A DNA stretch of 64,000 bases from a virus. The stretch spans positions 32,001 through 96,000 of IMG/VR virus record IMGVR_UViG_3300010885_004110; one strand, 5' to 3'. The translations under genes were made by a program, and so were the position numbers. The notes beneath the pieces were generated by a model. The model worked only from the letters and a program-made list of their open reading frames with translations, was not told where the DNA came from and did not search any database. Shown here piece after piece: positions 47,969 through 58,409 of this stretch; the stretch's first letter is position 1; each line of letters opens with the position of its first letter.

Positions 47969-50900
47969 ATGGCTGAATTTAAATTAGGTAGAATAAGATT
48001 TGTATGGCAAGATGCTTGGAATACCGGGCATACTTATTATAAAGACGACATTGTTAGATATGGCGGAAAAACATATCTATGCGTGATGGGTCACGTAGCA
48101 AATATTGACTTCTATGACGATCTTGATAATAGTCCAACACGTTGGAATCAAGTTACTGATGGACAAGAATGGAAAAGTAACTGGGTTCCTTCTAGATTTT
48201 ACAAAGAAAACGATATAGTTAAGCATGGCGGCAATCTATACATATGCGTTAACGGTCATACATCGGCAATTGATGAGAGTTTAGGCCTACAAGCCAATCT
48301 AAGTGATTGGAACATTTATGCAGAATCATTCGATTGGAAAACTGAATGGGAAATTAACACCGTTTATAAAATAAATGATGTTGTTAAGTATGGCGGAAAT
48401 AGTTATGTCTGTAATGAAGATCACACATCAGCTTCAAGTCCAGCAGACGGCCTAGAACTTAATCTTTCTAAATGGGATATTTACACCGAAGGATTTGATT
48501 GGCTTGGTAATTGGAATATCAGTACTCGATATAAAATTAATGATGTTGTAACATACGGTGGTACAACATACGTCTGTAATCAAGGGCATACTTCTGCAGG
48601 TACAATTACTGGTGGTCTAGAAGCTAATCAAGGTTTATGGGATTACATGAACCGGGGAACTGATTATAAAAATAATTGGAGTTCTAGTAACGTTCGATAC
48701 AAAATTAATGACTTGGTAAAATATGGTGCAGGTGTTTGGATCTGTACACAATACCATACTTCAAGTGCTTCTCGGACATTTAAACAAGACGAAACATCCG
48801 GTTACTGGGCACAATATGTTGAAGGTTTAGAATTTGAAAATACATGGCTCAGCGGAACTGTTTATCAACCAGGCGACATTGTTGCCTACGGTGGTTATTC
48901 TTATCAAGCAATAACTAATCATACAGCATCTTCGGGTACACCTCCGTCGACAAATACCACTGACTGGAGTTTGTTTACCACAGGATTAAAATTCCAAGGC
49001 GACTGGAGTGCATTAACTTCTTACAGAGTCGGTGATGTTATTAGACTTAGAGGCTACACATACGTAGCTGTTCAAGACAGTTTAAATCAAAGTCCTCCTA
49101 ACTTAACAAAGTGGGAAAGATTAAACAGCGGCATTCGTTGGCAAGGCCAATGGCTAGATGATGTTAACTATGTGTTAGGTGATGCAGTGCGTTACGGTAA
49201 CAATAGTTATATTTGTATTCTAGCTCACTTATCAGAAGGCGACGACGGTTCCACACTCACTCCAGGTCAGGTTAATAGTCGTCCAGATCAAGATATTTCC
49301 GGAACATACTGGAATTTATTATCAGGCGGTCCGGAAGAAAGCGTACTAACAACCACAGGCGATTTAGTTTACTACGGTGGCGCAGGCCCAACACGTTTAT
49401 CAATCGGTGAAGCTGGGCAAATATTGCAGGTTAGTGATGCTGGAGTACCAGAGTGGGGGTATTACGGTGTTGTTTCTAATTTAGTTTATGTAGCACCACA
49501 TGGAATCGATACTCCTGCACCCGGATACGGTCTAACATTAGATCGTCCGTGGGCAACAATTCGTTATGCCTGCGAACAAATTGAAAAAGGATACGAAAAT
49601 CCACAAGCCGCTGTTCTATTAAAGAACAATCGTGCATTCATTCAGTCAGAGATTGCAGAATGGGTAGATCGTCAAATTATCATAGGCACAGGAATCTGGG
49701 CTAGTTTTACCAATGATAGCAAAGCCTTATGTACACGTGACATGGGATTGTTAGTAGATGCCATGCTCTATGATATTACACACGGCGGTAATGCTAAAAC
49801 ACGTGAAGCAGCTCTAACATATTTTGATCCAATTACTGGAATTGTAATTGCATCATTAAATGATGAACAGGCTCAAGGTGTTGCAGCAATTAATTACGGC
49901 CTAACTTTGATTAATTATGTATTACTCAATGACGCTCCAGCTGTAAATTATCAAGTACTAAATGGTATTGGTAGTCCTGTATTACAATACACCACTGGAG
50001 TTGATGCTGAAGCTGGAGTAATGGCCACTATTACTTCATTGGCTTCAATTGTTACTACCGCACTTGCTGCTGGTGTTAGCACAGGCATTCCTGTAGAAAA
50101 TCGTCCAGCATGGACTGTTACTATTAAAACAGGACAGTATAACGAAGTTCTTCCTATTATTGTTCCGGCAAGAACTGGTCTAGTAGGAGACGAGCTACGT
50201 GGTACACGAGTAAGCCCTGCAGGAAAATTAATTGCCACAACTGACAAAGCAAAAACTGTAGCAACATTACAGTATCTGCAGACAATCACCGACGAAGTTG
50301 TTACAAAAACAACAGTATCTCCTAAGAAAGGCACAGGAACACAAGTTGTTTCGATGAAAGCTGGAAACACTGGTAGTACAACTGCTGTAGCATCTGCCGT
50401 AGCAAATGTAACTGAAATGATTGACATTGTTAACAATGGTCTAGGCGCAGTCAATGCATTTGTTTATCCAACACCAACAGGCGGAACCGGTAATGCATTT
50501 ACAGCAGGCTATTTAAATGCTGCAAGATTGATTCTTGCAAACAAGGCATTCTTACAAGCTGAAGTTAGTGCATGGATTGATGCACAAATTGCTGGTAGTA
50601 TTAGTCCGTTCGTTGGATTTGTATACGCAGGCACCGGCCGTACTAAGTGCGAACGAGACGTTGGCTATATTGTTGACGCATTAGTGTATGATACTACCTA
50701 CGGTGGAAATTTAGAAACTGCTGTAGCTGCTCGTTCTTATTATTCGCTTGGTGTGTTTGTTGAAACTGGCGAAAAGCAACAGGCTCTAGCAGTACAACTT
50801 CGTATTAAAGATATTATTGACAATATTGCCACTGGTAATACTGCTGGCTGGACAAAAACTCCAGCTAACGCATTGACTCAAGACGTCAGCGGAACAGCAG

Positions 50901-53900
50901 GTAGCGCACCGGCAGCAACATTTGCTCAAGCACGTATCCAAGAAATGTATGACACAATTAATACTGGAACTACTCCAACTACAATTGCTCCAGATACATC
51001 TTGGGTAAATGCTACATTATTAGATGTTAACGTTCGTTTACAGGCTGCTAAAACTACTATTCAAAGCGATGCCGTACAACACGTTAAGAAAACATTCCCA
51101 ACATTGGTGTTCAACGAAACACTATGTTCACGTGATGTTGGATATATTGTTGATGCACTAGGCTATGATATAATGTTTGCTAGTAATTATAGAAGCATCA
51201 AAGCTGCTATGAGCTATTACAGATCATTAACATCTACAGCAGTAGTACTAGGTGCACAAAAAGCTGCTCAACTAAGCATACTAGCATATATTCTTGCTAG
51301 AGTTAAGCCAATAGTAGCCGCAGGATCTGTTGTAGCAGCTGACCTATTATGGACTGAAGTTATTAGTTACATTAATACAGGAACAGAACCACAAATTATT
51401 GGCACTAACAGAGCCACTGACGACATTGATATTCACAACGGCGCAATCTTATTAGAACTTAATAAAGATTTCCTTGCTGCTGAAGCAACAGGCTACATTA
51501 CTACCACTTATCGGGCTACAGCAACAGCAACTAATGCTGGTACAGATGCAATTACAGTGTCAACAACTGCTTGGATGGTAGTAAACGATCCGATTACATT
51601 CTCAGGAACTGTATTTGGTAATATTGTTTCGGGCACTGTTTACTATATCAAGACTATTGGCGCTGGTGTAATTACTATTAGTGCAACATTAGGCGGTGCA
51701 ACATTTGATCTAGCTGCTGGCACTGGCTCAATGACATTGAACTATAATTACGATACCACATCATGTGAACGTGATGTACGTACAATTATTGAAGCAATGG
51801 CTTATGATCTACGTTACCCAGGTAACTATAAGTCACTTTATGCTGCACGTTACTATAGAAATGCATTAACTGGTTCAAAACTAGAAAACATGTATTTGGT
51901 ACGTAATGGTTGTGGTGTTCGAAATATGACTCTAACAGAGTTAGATGGAACATCTGATGGAAATACAGCAGGCGCTGGTGTTGCATCTGGATTAAGCTCA
52001 GCTAATGAATTTGGCACAAGTCGTCCAATAGCTGGTTCTTATGTATCTTTAGATCCAGGTTGGGGACCAAACGACAATCGTGTTTGGACCACAGACAAGT
52101 CTACATATGTACAAAACGTAACAACATTTGGTACAGCATGTATTGGACAGAAAATTGACGGCTCATTACACAATGGTGGTAACGATTCTATAGTATCAAA
52201 CGACTTTACACAGGTATTATCAGACGGTATCGGTGCATGGGTAACTAACTTGGGTCGTGCAGAACTTGTTTCTGTATTCTCATATTATAATCATATTGGC
52301 TACTTGGCTGAAAATGGTGGTAAGATTCGTGCTACTAACGGAAATAACTCTTATGGTACATACGGTGCCATAGCAGAAGGTATTGACATTACTGAAACTG
52401 CGGTTACTGGTACAGTCAATAACAGAAGTACTGAAGCCCAAGTTGGTAACGTCTTTGTTGACGGCGATGCAATTTTAGCAATGGAATATACCAATGCTGG
52501 TGTAAATTATTCATCGGGCGCTTACACAATTAGTGGACCAGGATCAAATGCAGCGGCAGTCGGTGACGACATTAGACACGGTGGTGTTTATCAAATACGA
52601 CTAACTGATCCAGGTGATTCATCAGGACCTGGCGGTGTCGGATATATTACCAGTTCTAATCTAGCTCAAGCAGGTAATACAACACAAATTACATTGGCTA
52701 ACACAGAAACAGCAACTAGTATTGCCTATGTTGGAATGAGCATTTATCTAACAACTGGTACAGGTGCCGGTCAGTATGGTGTTATTGCAACATACAGTGC
52801 TCCAACTAAGATCGCTACTATTAATAAAGAAAGTACTGGTACTTCTGGTTGGGATCATGTTATTCCTGGAACAGCAATTGAAGCTGCGCTAGATGTTACA
52901 ACTGCGTATACAATCAGTCCAAGACTATCTCTAACTGCACCGACCTACACAACTACTACTGCTTCAGTACTTCCAAGTTCAGATGCATGGAGTGCAGGGG
53001 CTTATGGTAATGCTGAAGGTTCCTACGCTTCTGTTGCAAGTACATCGGGAGATGGCGGTTCATTAGCAGCATTTAATGTTGCTCGCAGAGACGGAGTCTA
53101 TACAGTTACTCTACAAACCGCCGGTATTAATTATGCAGTAGGCGATACACTAACTATTCTAGGTACAAATCTAGGTGGAGCAACAACTGCAAATGATGTT
53201 ACAGTAACAGTTACCGGAGTTGACTCAACTAACGCAAACTCGATTACTTCATTCTCATATACTGGTACTGCTATTGGCGCACAGTTTGTTGCAGTACCGT
53301 CGTCAGGCACAGCAGCAGCATATTCTACAAACGGTACAACGTGGACTGCATCAACATTACCGAGCGGGTCTTGGTCTAGTGTAGCATATGGATTGATCAG
53401 CGGCATCGGAATGTATGTAGCAGTTTCTAGTACAGGTGGCACAGCGGCTAGCTCTTTAGATGGCATTACTTGGACTTCACGTACACTGCCAACTACTTCT
53501 GCGTGGTCTAGCGTTACTTATGGAAATGGTAGATTTGTAGCAGTGGCTAGTGGTAGTAATGATGCTGCATATTCTATAACTGGTACATCTTGGGTATCGA
53601 TGGGGGTGTTACCAGGATCAAATGCACTATGGAAATCTATAACTTATGGTAAAGGATTGTATGTTGCAGTGGCCAGCGGCGGCACACAAGCTGCTAGTTC
53701 AGCAAATGGAACTACTTGGACAACTAGAACATTGTCTGCAAGTGCTACCTGGACCAGTGTTACCTACGGTAAAAACCGTTTTGTAGCAGTAGCCAGCGGT
53801 GGAACAGCAGCAGCTTATTCTTTAAATGGTACAACATGGACAAATTCTAGTGCATTACCAGCTAGCGCCACATGGAATAACGTCAGCTACGGAAACGGTA

Positions 53901-56272
53901 TTTACTATGCAGTAGCAACTGGTTCAGTTGGAGCAACATCTGAAGATGGTATTACCTGGACTTCACGCAGCACAGCATTTGCAACACCAACTATTACTGC
54001 AACATCTAAAGATATCATTGGATCATTTACTGCGTCAACTTTGCCACAAACAGGCTACTGGACTAATGTATTATGGACTGGTTCAAAGTTTGTAGCAGTT
54101 GGACACAATAACGTTGATACAGGTTATGCAGCAAGTTCTACCGATGGTGCAACTTGGACCAACGTAACAATACCGTCACCTGGCGGATTATACGAATATA
54201 CTGCTATTGCATACAATGGATCTAACAAATATGTTGCATTTATCAATAGCAGCAGAAATATTGTAACATCAACAGATGGAGTATCTTGGACTGCACAAAC
54301 TACAAACGGTACTAACAATTTGCCAACAGCTAGAGCATGGACTGATGCAGTGTTCGGCGGCACTAGATTTGTTGTAGTTGGATCAGGCGGTGCTAATCCA
54401 ATAGCATATAGCACCGACGGCACAACATGGACTACAGGTACACTTGCTAATACAACGTGGACCAGTGTTGCCTATGGACAACCTAGTGCAACTGCATACT
54501 TTGTTGCAGTATCCGCAACACAAGCAGCATCGTATTCAATAGACGGCATTACTTGGACTACTGGTAATACTCTACCAAGCAGCGATGTTTGGAGCTCAGT
54601 GGCATTTGGTAATACACGGTTTGTAACAGTTGCTGGCGACACTGCAACAGCTACTACAAAAGCAGCATATTCAACAGATGGCACAACTTGGACTGCGGCT
54701 ACAATGCCGGGAGCTGCTGCTAAATGGATTAGTGTAAGCTACGGTGGCGGCACATTTATGGCATTTGCCTATGGTAGCACAAGAACAGCAGTTTCCACAA
54801 ACGGCAGTACATGGGTCGAAGGTCCAACAATTGCGTCTGGTAACTGGAATACTAGTGCTTATGGTAGCAATAATTTTGTTGCTCTAAGAACAGGTGGATC
54901 TACAGCCGGTTCATACATTAATTACATTTTAAACACCAACTACTTGACAACTTCAAGCACATCAGCATTGTCGGCAGGTGATAGAATTATATTTAATGCA
55001 ACAACATTCGGTGGAATGATTGCTGGAACTGTTTACTATGTACGCACTGTTGATTCAGCAACAACATTTACAATTTCAGAAACCAGCGGCGGTGGAGTGT
55101 TTACACTAAGCACTGGTTCCGGTACAATGACTTCTACTGTAAGTAAAAATTATGTAGCTGCTGTTTACAGTATTGGTAAATGGTTAGTTCTATCACCAAA
55201 CAACACACGTATATTAACAACATCGTTTGGTGCACAGGCTCGCGCAAGATCTTATGTTAGTGATAATAAGATTACTGAAATTTGGATTCAAAGTCCGGGC
55301 GGTGGCTATACTGTAGCACCGACTCTAACTATTACTGATCCAAATAATACAGGATCAGATGCATCAACTACTGTACGTATTGGAGACGGAGTGCTGGCTA
55401 GCCCATCATTTACAAATCGTGGTACTGGTTATTCGTCATCGACAGCACAGGTTACTGGTAATGGATATGCAGATAGCTATCAAATAGGCACATTTGTTTA
55501 CATGAATAATCTAACAGGTCGCCCATACGAAGGTTCCAATTTGCAAATTGCAGGTATCGACGATGTTTACTACAGAGTTGTACAGGTAACACAATTTACC
55601 GGAGCAATATCTGGAGAGTACTCTGCTAGATTACAGATTAGTCCTGCGGTTGCAGCATTAGAATCGCCAGAACACGCTGCTGCGGTAACTCTGCGTAGAC
55701 GTTATTCACAGGTTCGATTAACAGGACACGACTTCTTAAGCATTGGTACTGGTAATAAAACGTTAACAAACTATCCAGGCTTACCATTACAAGAAGCACA
55801 ACCTGCAAACGAAACTGTTGATTCCGCAGGTGGTCGTGTATTCTACACATCAACTGATCAAGACGGTAACTTTAGAGTTGGCGGATTGTTCAATGTTGAA
55901 CAAGCAACTGGTGTAGCTACCTTAAATGCTGATGCATTTAACCTAGCTGGATTGAACGAATTGCAACTTGGTTCTGTTGCACTCGGTGGCGCAGGAGCAA
56001 ATATTTCTGAATTCAGTACAGATCCTTTCTTTACAGCAGATTCAGACAATATTGTACCAACACAAAGGGCTATTAAAGCATACATCAGTTCACAAATTGG
56101 TGGTGGCGGATCTAGTTTGAACGTAAATAGCTTGACAGCAGGTGTTATTTACATTGCAGGAAACAGCATAACTACTACAACAGAAGTTGGAATAGACATA
56201 AATACAAAGGTAAATTTCCTTGGTGGTGTTGATGGTAGTCCAGTAGCACTAAACTACTTTTTACTAGGATAA
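47969..56272 (+). CDS. Giant fibre/appendage protein (2,767 aa), paralog of the 1,806-aa protein
   Basis: Same domain order and shared N-terminal (MAxFKLGRIR) and C-terminal (GHDFL.IG.GN...GGRVFYTSTDQDGNFRVG) blocks; has four CxRD helical domains and expanded propeller-type repeats. Confidence 0.78.
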   Translation: MAEFKLGRIRFVWQDAWNTGHTYYKDDIVRYGGKTYLCVMGHVANIDFYDDLDNSPTRWNQVTDGQEWKSNWVPSRFYKENDIVKHGGNLYICVNGHTSAIDESLGLQANLSDWNIYAESFDWKTEWEINTVYKINDVVKYGGNSYVCNEDHTSASSPADGLELNLSKWDIYTEGFDWLGNWNISTRYKINDVVTYGGTTYVCNQGHTSAGTITGGLEANQGLWDYMNRGTDYKNNWSSSNVRYKINDLVKYGAGVWICTQYHTSSASRTFKQDETSGYWAQYVEGLEFENTWLSGTVYQPGDIVAYGGYSYQAITNHTASSGTPPSTNTTDWSLFTTGLKFQGDWSALTSYRVGDVIRLRGYTYVAVQDSLNQSPPNLTKWERLNSGIRWQGQWLDDVNYVLGDAVRYGNNSYICILAHLSEGDDGSTLTPGQVNSRPDQDISGTYWNLLSGGPEESVLTTTGDLVYYGGAGPTRLSIGEAGQILQVSDAGVPEWGYYGVVSNLVYVAPHGIDTPAPGYGLTLDRPWATIRYACEQIEKGYENPQAAVLLKNNRAFIQSEIAEWVDRQIIIGTGIWASFTNDSKALCTRDMGLLVDAMLYDITHGGNAKTREAALTYFDPITGIVIASLNDEQAQGVAAINYGLTLINYVLLNDAPAVNYQVLNGIGSPVLQYTTGVDAEAGVMATITSLASIVTTALAAGVSTGIPVENRPAWTVTIKTGQYNEVLPIIVPARTGLVGDELRGTRVSPAGKLIATTDKAKTVATLQYLQTITDEVVTKTTVSPKKGTGTQVVSMKAGNTGSTTAVASAVANVTEMIDIVNNGLGAVNAFVYPTPTGGTGNAFTAGYLNAARLILANKAFLQAEVSAWIDAQIAGSISPFVGFVYAGTGRTKCERDVGYIVDALVYDTTYGGNLETAVAARSYYSLGVFVETGEKQQALAVQLRIKDIIDNIATGNTAGWTKTPANALTQDVSGTAGSAPAATFAQARIQEMYDTINTGTTPTTIAPDTSWVNATLLDVNVRLQAAKTTIQSDAVQHVKKTFPTLVFNETLCSRDVGYIVDALGYDIMFASNYRSIKAAMSYYRSLTSTAVVLGAQKAAQLSILAYILARVKPIVAAGSVVAADLLWTEVISYINTGTEPQIIGTNRATDDIDIHNGAILLELNKDFLAAEATGYITTTYRATATATNAGTDAITVSTTAWMVVNDPITFSGTVFGNIVSGTVYYIKTIGAGVITISATLGGATFDLAAGTGSMTLNYNYDTTSCERDVRTIIEAMAYDLRYPGNYKSLYAARYYRNALTGSKLENMYLVRNGCGVRNMTLTELDGTSDGNTAGAGVASGLSSANEFGTSRPIAGSYVSLDPGWGPNDNRVWTTDKSTYVQNVTTFGTACIGQKIDGSLHNGGNDSIVSNDFTQVLSDGIGAWVTNLGRAELVSVFSYYNHIGYLAENGGKIRATNGNNSYGTYGAIAEGIDITETAVTGTVNNRSTEAQVGNVFVDGDAILAMEYTNAGVNYSSGAYTISGPGSNAAAVGDDIRHGGVYQIRLTDPGDSSGPGGVGYITSSNLAQAGNTTQITLANTETATSIAYVGMSIYLTTGTGAGQYGVIATYSAPTKIATINKESTGTSGWDHVIPGTAIEAALDVTTAYTISPRLSLTAPTYTTTTASVLPSSDAWSAGAYGNAEGSYASVASTSGDGGSLAAFNVARRDGVYTVTLQTAGINYAVGDTLTILGTNLGGATTANDVTVTVTGVDSTNANSITSFSYTGTAIGAQFVAVPSSGTAAAYSTNGTTWTASTLPSGSWSSVAYGLISGIGMYVAVSSTGGTAASSLDGITWTSRTLPTTSAWSSVTYGNGRFVAVASGSNDAAYSITGTSWVSMGVLPGSNALWKSITYGKGLYVAVASGGTQAASSANGTTWTTRTLSASATWTSVTYGKNRFVAVASGGTAAAYSLNGTTWTNSSALPASATWNNVSYGNGIYYAVATGSVGATSEDGITWTSRSTAFATPTITATSKDIIGSFTASTLPQTGYWTNVLWTGSKFVAVGHNNVDTGYAASSTDGATWTNVTIPSPGGLYEYTAIAYNGSNKYVAFINSSRNIVTSTDGVSWTAQTTNGTNNLPTARAWTDAVFGGTRFVVVGSGGANPIAYSTDGTTWTTGTLANTTWTSVAYGQPSATAYFVAVSATQAASYSIDGITWTTGNTLPSSDVWSSVAFGNTRFVTVAGDTATATTKAAYSTDGTTWTAATMPGAAAKWISVSYGGGTFMAFAYGSTRTAVSTNGSTWVEGPTIASGNWNTSAYGSNNFVALRTGGSTAGSYINYILNTNYLTTSSTSALSAGDRIIFNATTFGGMIAGTVYYVRTVDSATTFTISETSGGGVFTLSTGSGTMTSTVSKNYVAAVYSIGKWLVLSPNNTRILTTSFGAQARARSYVSDNKITEIWIQSPGGGYTVAPTLTITDPNNTGSDASTTVRIGDGVLASPSFTNRGTGYSSSTAQVTGNGYADSYQIGTFVYMNNLTGRPYEGSNLQIAGIDDVYYRVVQVTQFTGAISGEYSARLQISPAVAALESPEHAAAVTLRRRYSQVRLTGHDFLSIGTGNKTLTNYPGLPLQEAQPANETVDSAGGRVFYTSTDQDGNFRVGGLFNVEQATGVATLNADAFNLAGLNELQLGSVALGGAGANISEFSTDPFFTADSDNIVPTQRAIKAYISSQIGGGGSSLNVNSLTAGVIYIAGNSITTTTEVGIDINTKVNFLGGVDGSPVALNYFLLG

Positions 56273-56286
56273 TGGAGAAATAAAAA

Positions 56287-56607
56287 ATGGCAACAGGAAG
56301 ATTAGGAATAGCTGATTTATCAGCAGCAACCAATACTACAGTATATACATGCCCTAGTGACAAGTTCACAGTTGCAAGTATATCAGTATGCAACAGAGGC
56401 ACACAGCCTACTACTATTAGACTAGCGGTTGCTAGTTTAACTACACCAACCAATGCAGAATATATCGAATACGACACTGAATTATTACCAAAGAACGTTT
56501 TAGAACGTACTGGTATTATGTTATCGGCAGATCAAAAGTTGGTAATTCGATCAACAACAGCAACGGTAAGTGCCGTTGCATTTGGGATTGAGACCTCAGT
56601 GGCTTAA
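56287..56607 (+). CDS. Small beta-rich structural/adaptor protein
   Basis: ISVCNRG...EYIEYDTELLP...ERTGIML; paralog of 38571 and 41753. Confidence 0.62.
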   Translation: MATGRLGIADLSAATNTTVYTCPSDKFTVASISVCNRGTQPTTIRLAVASLTTPTNAEYIEYDTELLPKNVLERTGIMLSADQKLVIRSTTATVSAVAFGIETSVA

Positions 56608-56620
56608 CCTGCGATACTAC

Positions 56621-56627
56621 ATAAATA
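56621..56627 (+). promoter_or_regulatory. Late promoter box ATAAATA
   Basis: Upstream of AAGGA and ATG 56644. Confidence 0.55.
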
Positions 56628-56643
56628 ACAAAAGGACAATGAA

Positions 56644-56970
56644 ATGCCAAGATATATATCAACTACACTATCATACGCAACTGTAACGGTAACAACCGCA
56701 ATATCGTATGCTGCTGCTATTAACGATCGAGTATTGTGTACAGCAGGTGGAATTACAATCACATTACCGGTTTCTACTAGCTTAACGGTAGGTGACACAG
56801 TACAAATCATCGACGTTGCAGGAGCATCCGGCGGAAGCAATATTACTGTTGCTCGAAACGGTGCTAACATTCAAGGTCAAGCACAAGATTTAACAATCGA
56901 CTCCAACAATGCTTCACCAGTACTAATTTACACTGGTGCAACATACGGTTGGGTAATAGCAGGAAGCTAA
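56644..56970 (+). CDS. Small fibre-related protein
   Basis: ITITLP...VGDTVQIIDV...NITVARNGANIQG...LIY...GW module common in T4-like fibre/baseplate proteins. Confidence 0.6.
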   Translation: MPRYISTTLSYATVTVTTAISYAAAINDRVLCTAGGITITLPVSTSLTVGDTVQIIDVAGASGGSNITVARNGANIQGQAQDLTIDSNNASPVLIYTGATYGWVIAGS

Positions 56971-56971
56971 T

Positions 56972-57739
56972 ATGCCAATCAGTCTAAAATCACTTCAAAG
57001 TTCTTTAGCACCTACTGGTATCGGCCAAGTAACGTCAGTATTTTGGATAGGATCAACGCAAGGTACAAACGCGGCAAACAACGACGGCTGTTGCTGTCTA
57101 TGGACAGTCCCTGCTAGCATCCGAAGTGTAACTTTTGAAGTTTGGGGTGCCGGCGGCGACGGCGGCGGCGGATGCTGCTGCCACTCAACAGCAATTGGTT
57201 CTGTAGGCGGGTCCTATGCAGTTACTACAGTAGATACAGTTGCCGGTAGACAGTTTAGAATTTGTTCAGCACCTTCGGGTTGCTGTACAGCAAGCTGTAA
57301 CGGCCTAGGTACTAACGGTGCTCCATCTTATGTCTTTGACGTAAACGCTAGTGCGGTGATTGTTTGTGCATGTGGCGGCCAAGGTGCTAATATGCAGCCT
57401 ACATTTACTGGCAGTGGAGAAGGATATACCTGCTGCTGGGGTCGTCTAGGCACTGGAGGATATGCATCATGCGGATATGTAATATGCGGCACGGGTGGCA
57501 CGGGATTTAGAAATGTATTCTGCCACAGCGATCAATATCAAATGGTTGCCGGCGGATTTTCTTCAGCAGGTAGACTCAGCCCAGATAGGTGCTCAATTTG
57601 GGCTTGCCAAGGATGTGCTATTATGAAAAGTAATCCATCGTGGCCCAGCGGCAGCGGTGCAGACGGCAATGCCTGCGGCGGCGGATATTGTAGCGGACAA
57701 TGGGGCGCACCTGGCTCAGTTAAAGTAACATTTAAATAA
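56972..57739 (+). CDS. Cys/Gly-rich adhesin-like protein 1
   Basis: WTVP...EVWGAGGDGGG...GGSY glycine-rich domain; ~22 Cys by manual count. Confidence 0.65.
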   Translation: MPISLKSLQSSLAPTGIGQVTSVFWIGSTQGTNAANNDGCCCLWTVPASIRSVTFEVWGAGGDGGGGCCCHSTAIGSVGGSYAVTTVDTVAGRQFRICSAPSGCCTASCNGLGTNGAPSYVFDVNASAVIVCACGGQGANMQPTFTGSGEGYTCCWGRLGTGGYASCGYVICGTGGTGFRNVFCHSDQYQMVAGGFSSAGRLSPDRCSIWACQGCAIMKSNPSWPSGSGADGNACGGGYCSGQWGAPGSVKVTFK

Positions 57740-57753
57740 TAAGGAAAAGTAAA

Positions 57754-58407
57754 ATGCCAACGCCAATTACAAACGTAACAAAACAATTAACGTATAAAAC
57801 ACCTAACACGCAGTGGGGTACTGACGACTCACTAGGTAAAACTGCAACAGTGACCTATACCGGTCCCGATAAACTTTGGGTTTTTATTGATAATGACACT
57901 AAAAAAATAAGCCCTCCTTTTTATAATACCGCAAATGATGGTGATAGTATTCCGGTTCCTCCAGGGATGACTAGGGTAATGCTAACTGCCGAAGTTCAGA
58001 CTGATTTAAAAGTTATGGCAATGTTGCAAAATTATCTAGTAACTGAGCCCGTGGGATTTACGTCAACAGAAGTAGCACTACCTAACGGCACTATTTGGTT
58101 AGATAGGTCCCCGTTGTTTGTTAGTGACATACACGATGTAGATACAGTAACATATAACTTAGAAACAAGTACTTGGAATTTTGGTTACAGAATAAGTCCA
58201 GTAACATGGGAAGATATCATTAATGCTAGAAATGCAAAATTAACAGCCAGCGATGGAAGAATTTCCCCAGACATGCCGGAAGCACTAAAGGCACAATGGA
58301 CAGAGTATCGAGCAGCACTGAGAAATTTCCCAGTAACAATGGGTCGTGGAACAGGCAACGAAGTTGAAGCTTGGAAATGTCAATTACCTAACCCTCCGGT
58401 GGTATAA
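57754..58407 (+). CDS. Tail-fibre assembly chaperone-like protein
   Basis: WEDIINARNAKLTASD...WTEYRAALRNFP motif of phage tail-fibre assembly chaperones. Confidence 0.65.
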   Translation: MPTPITNVTKQLTYKTPNTQWGTDDSLGKTATVTYTGPDKLWVFIDNDTKKISPPFYNTANDGDSIPVPPGMTRVMLTAEVQTDLKVMAMLQNYLVTEPVGFTSTEVALPNGTIWLDRSPLFVSDIHDVDTVTYNLETSTWNFGYRISPVTWEDIINARNAKLTASDGRISPDMPEALKAQWTEYRAALRNFPVTMGRGTGNEVEAWKCQLPNPPVV

Positions 58408-58409
58408 AA

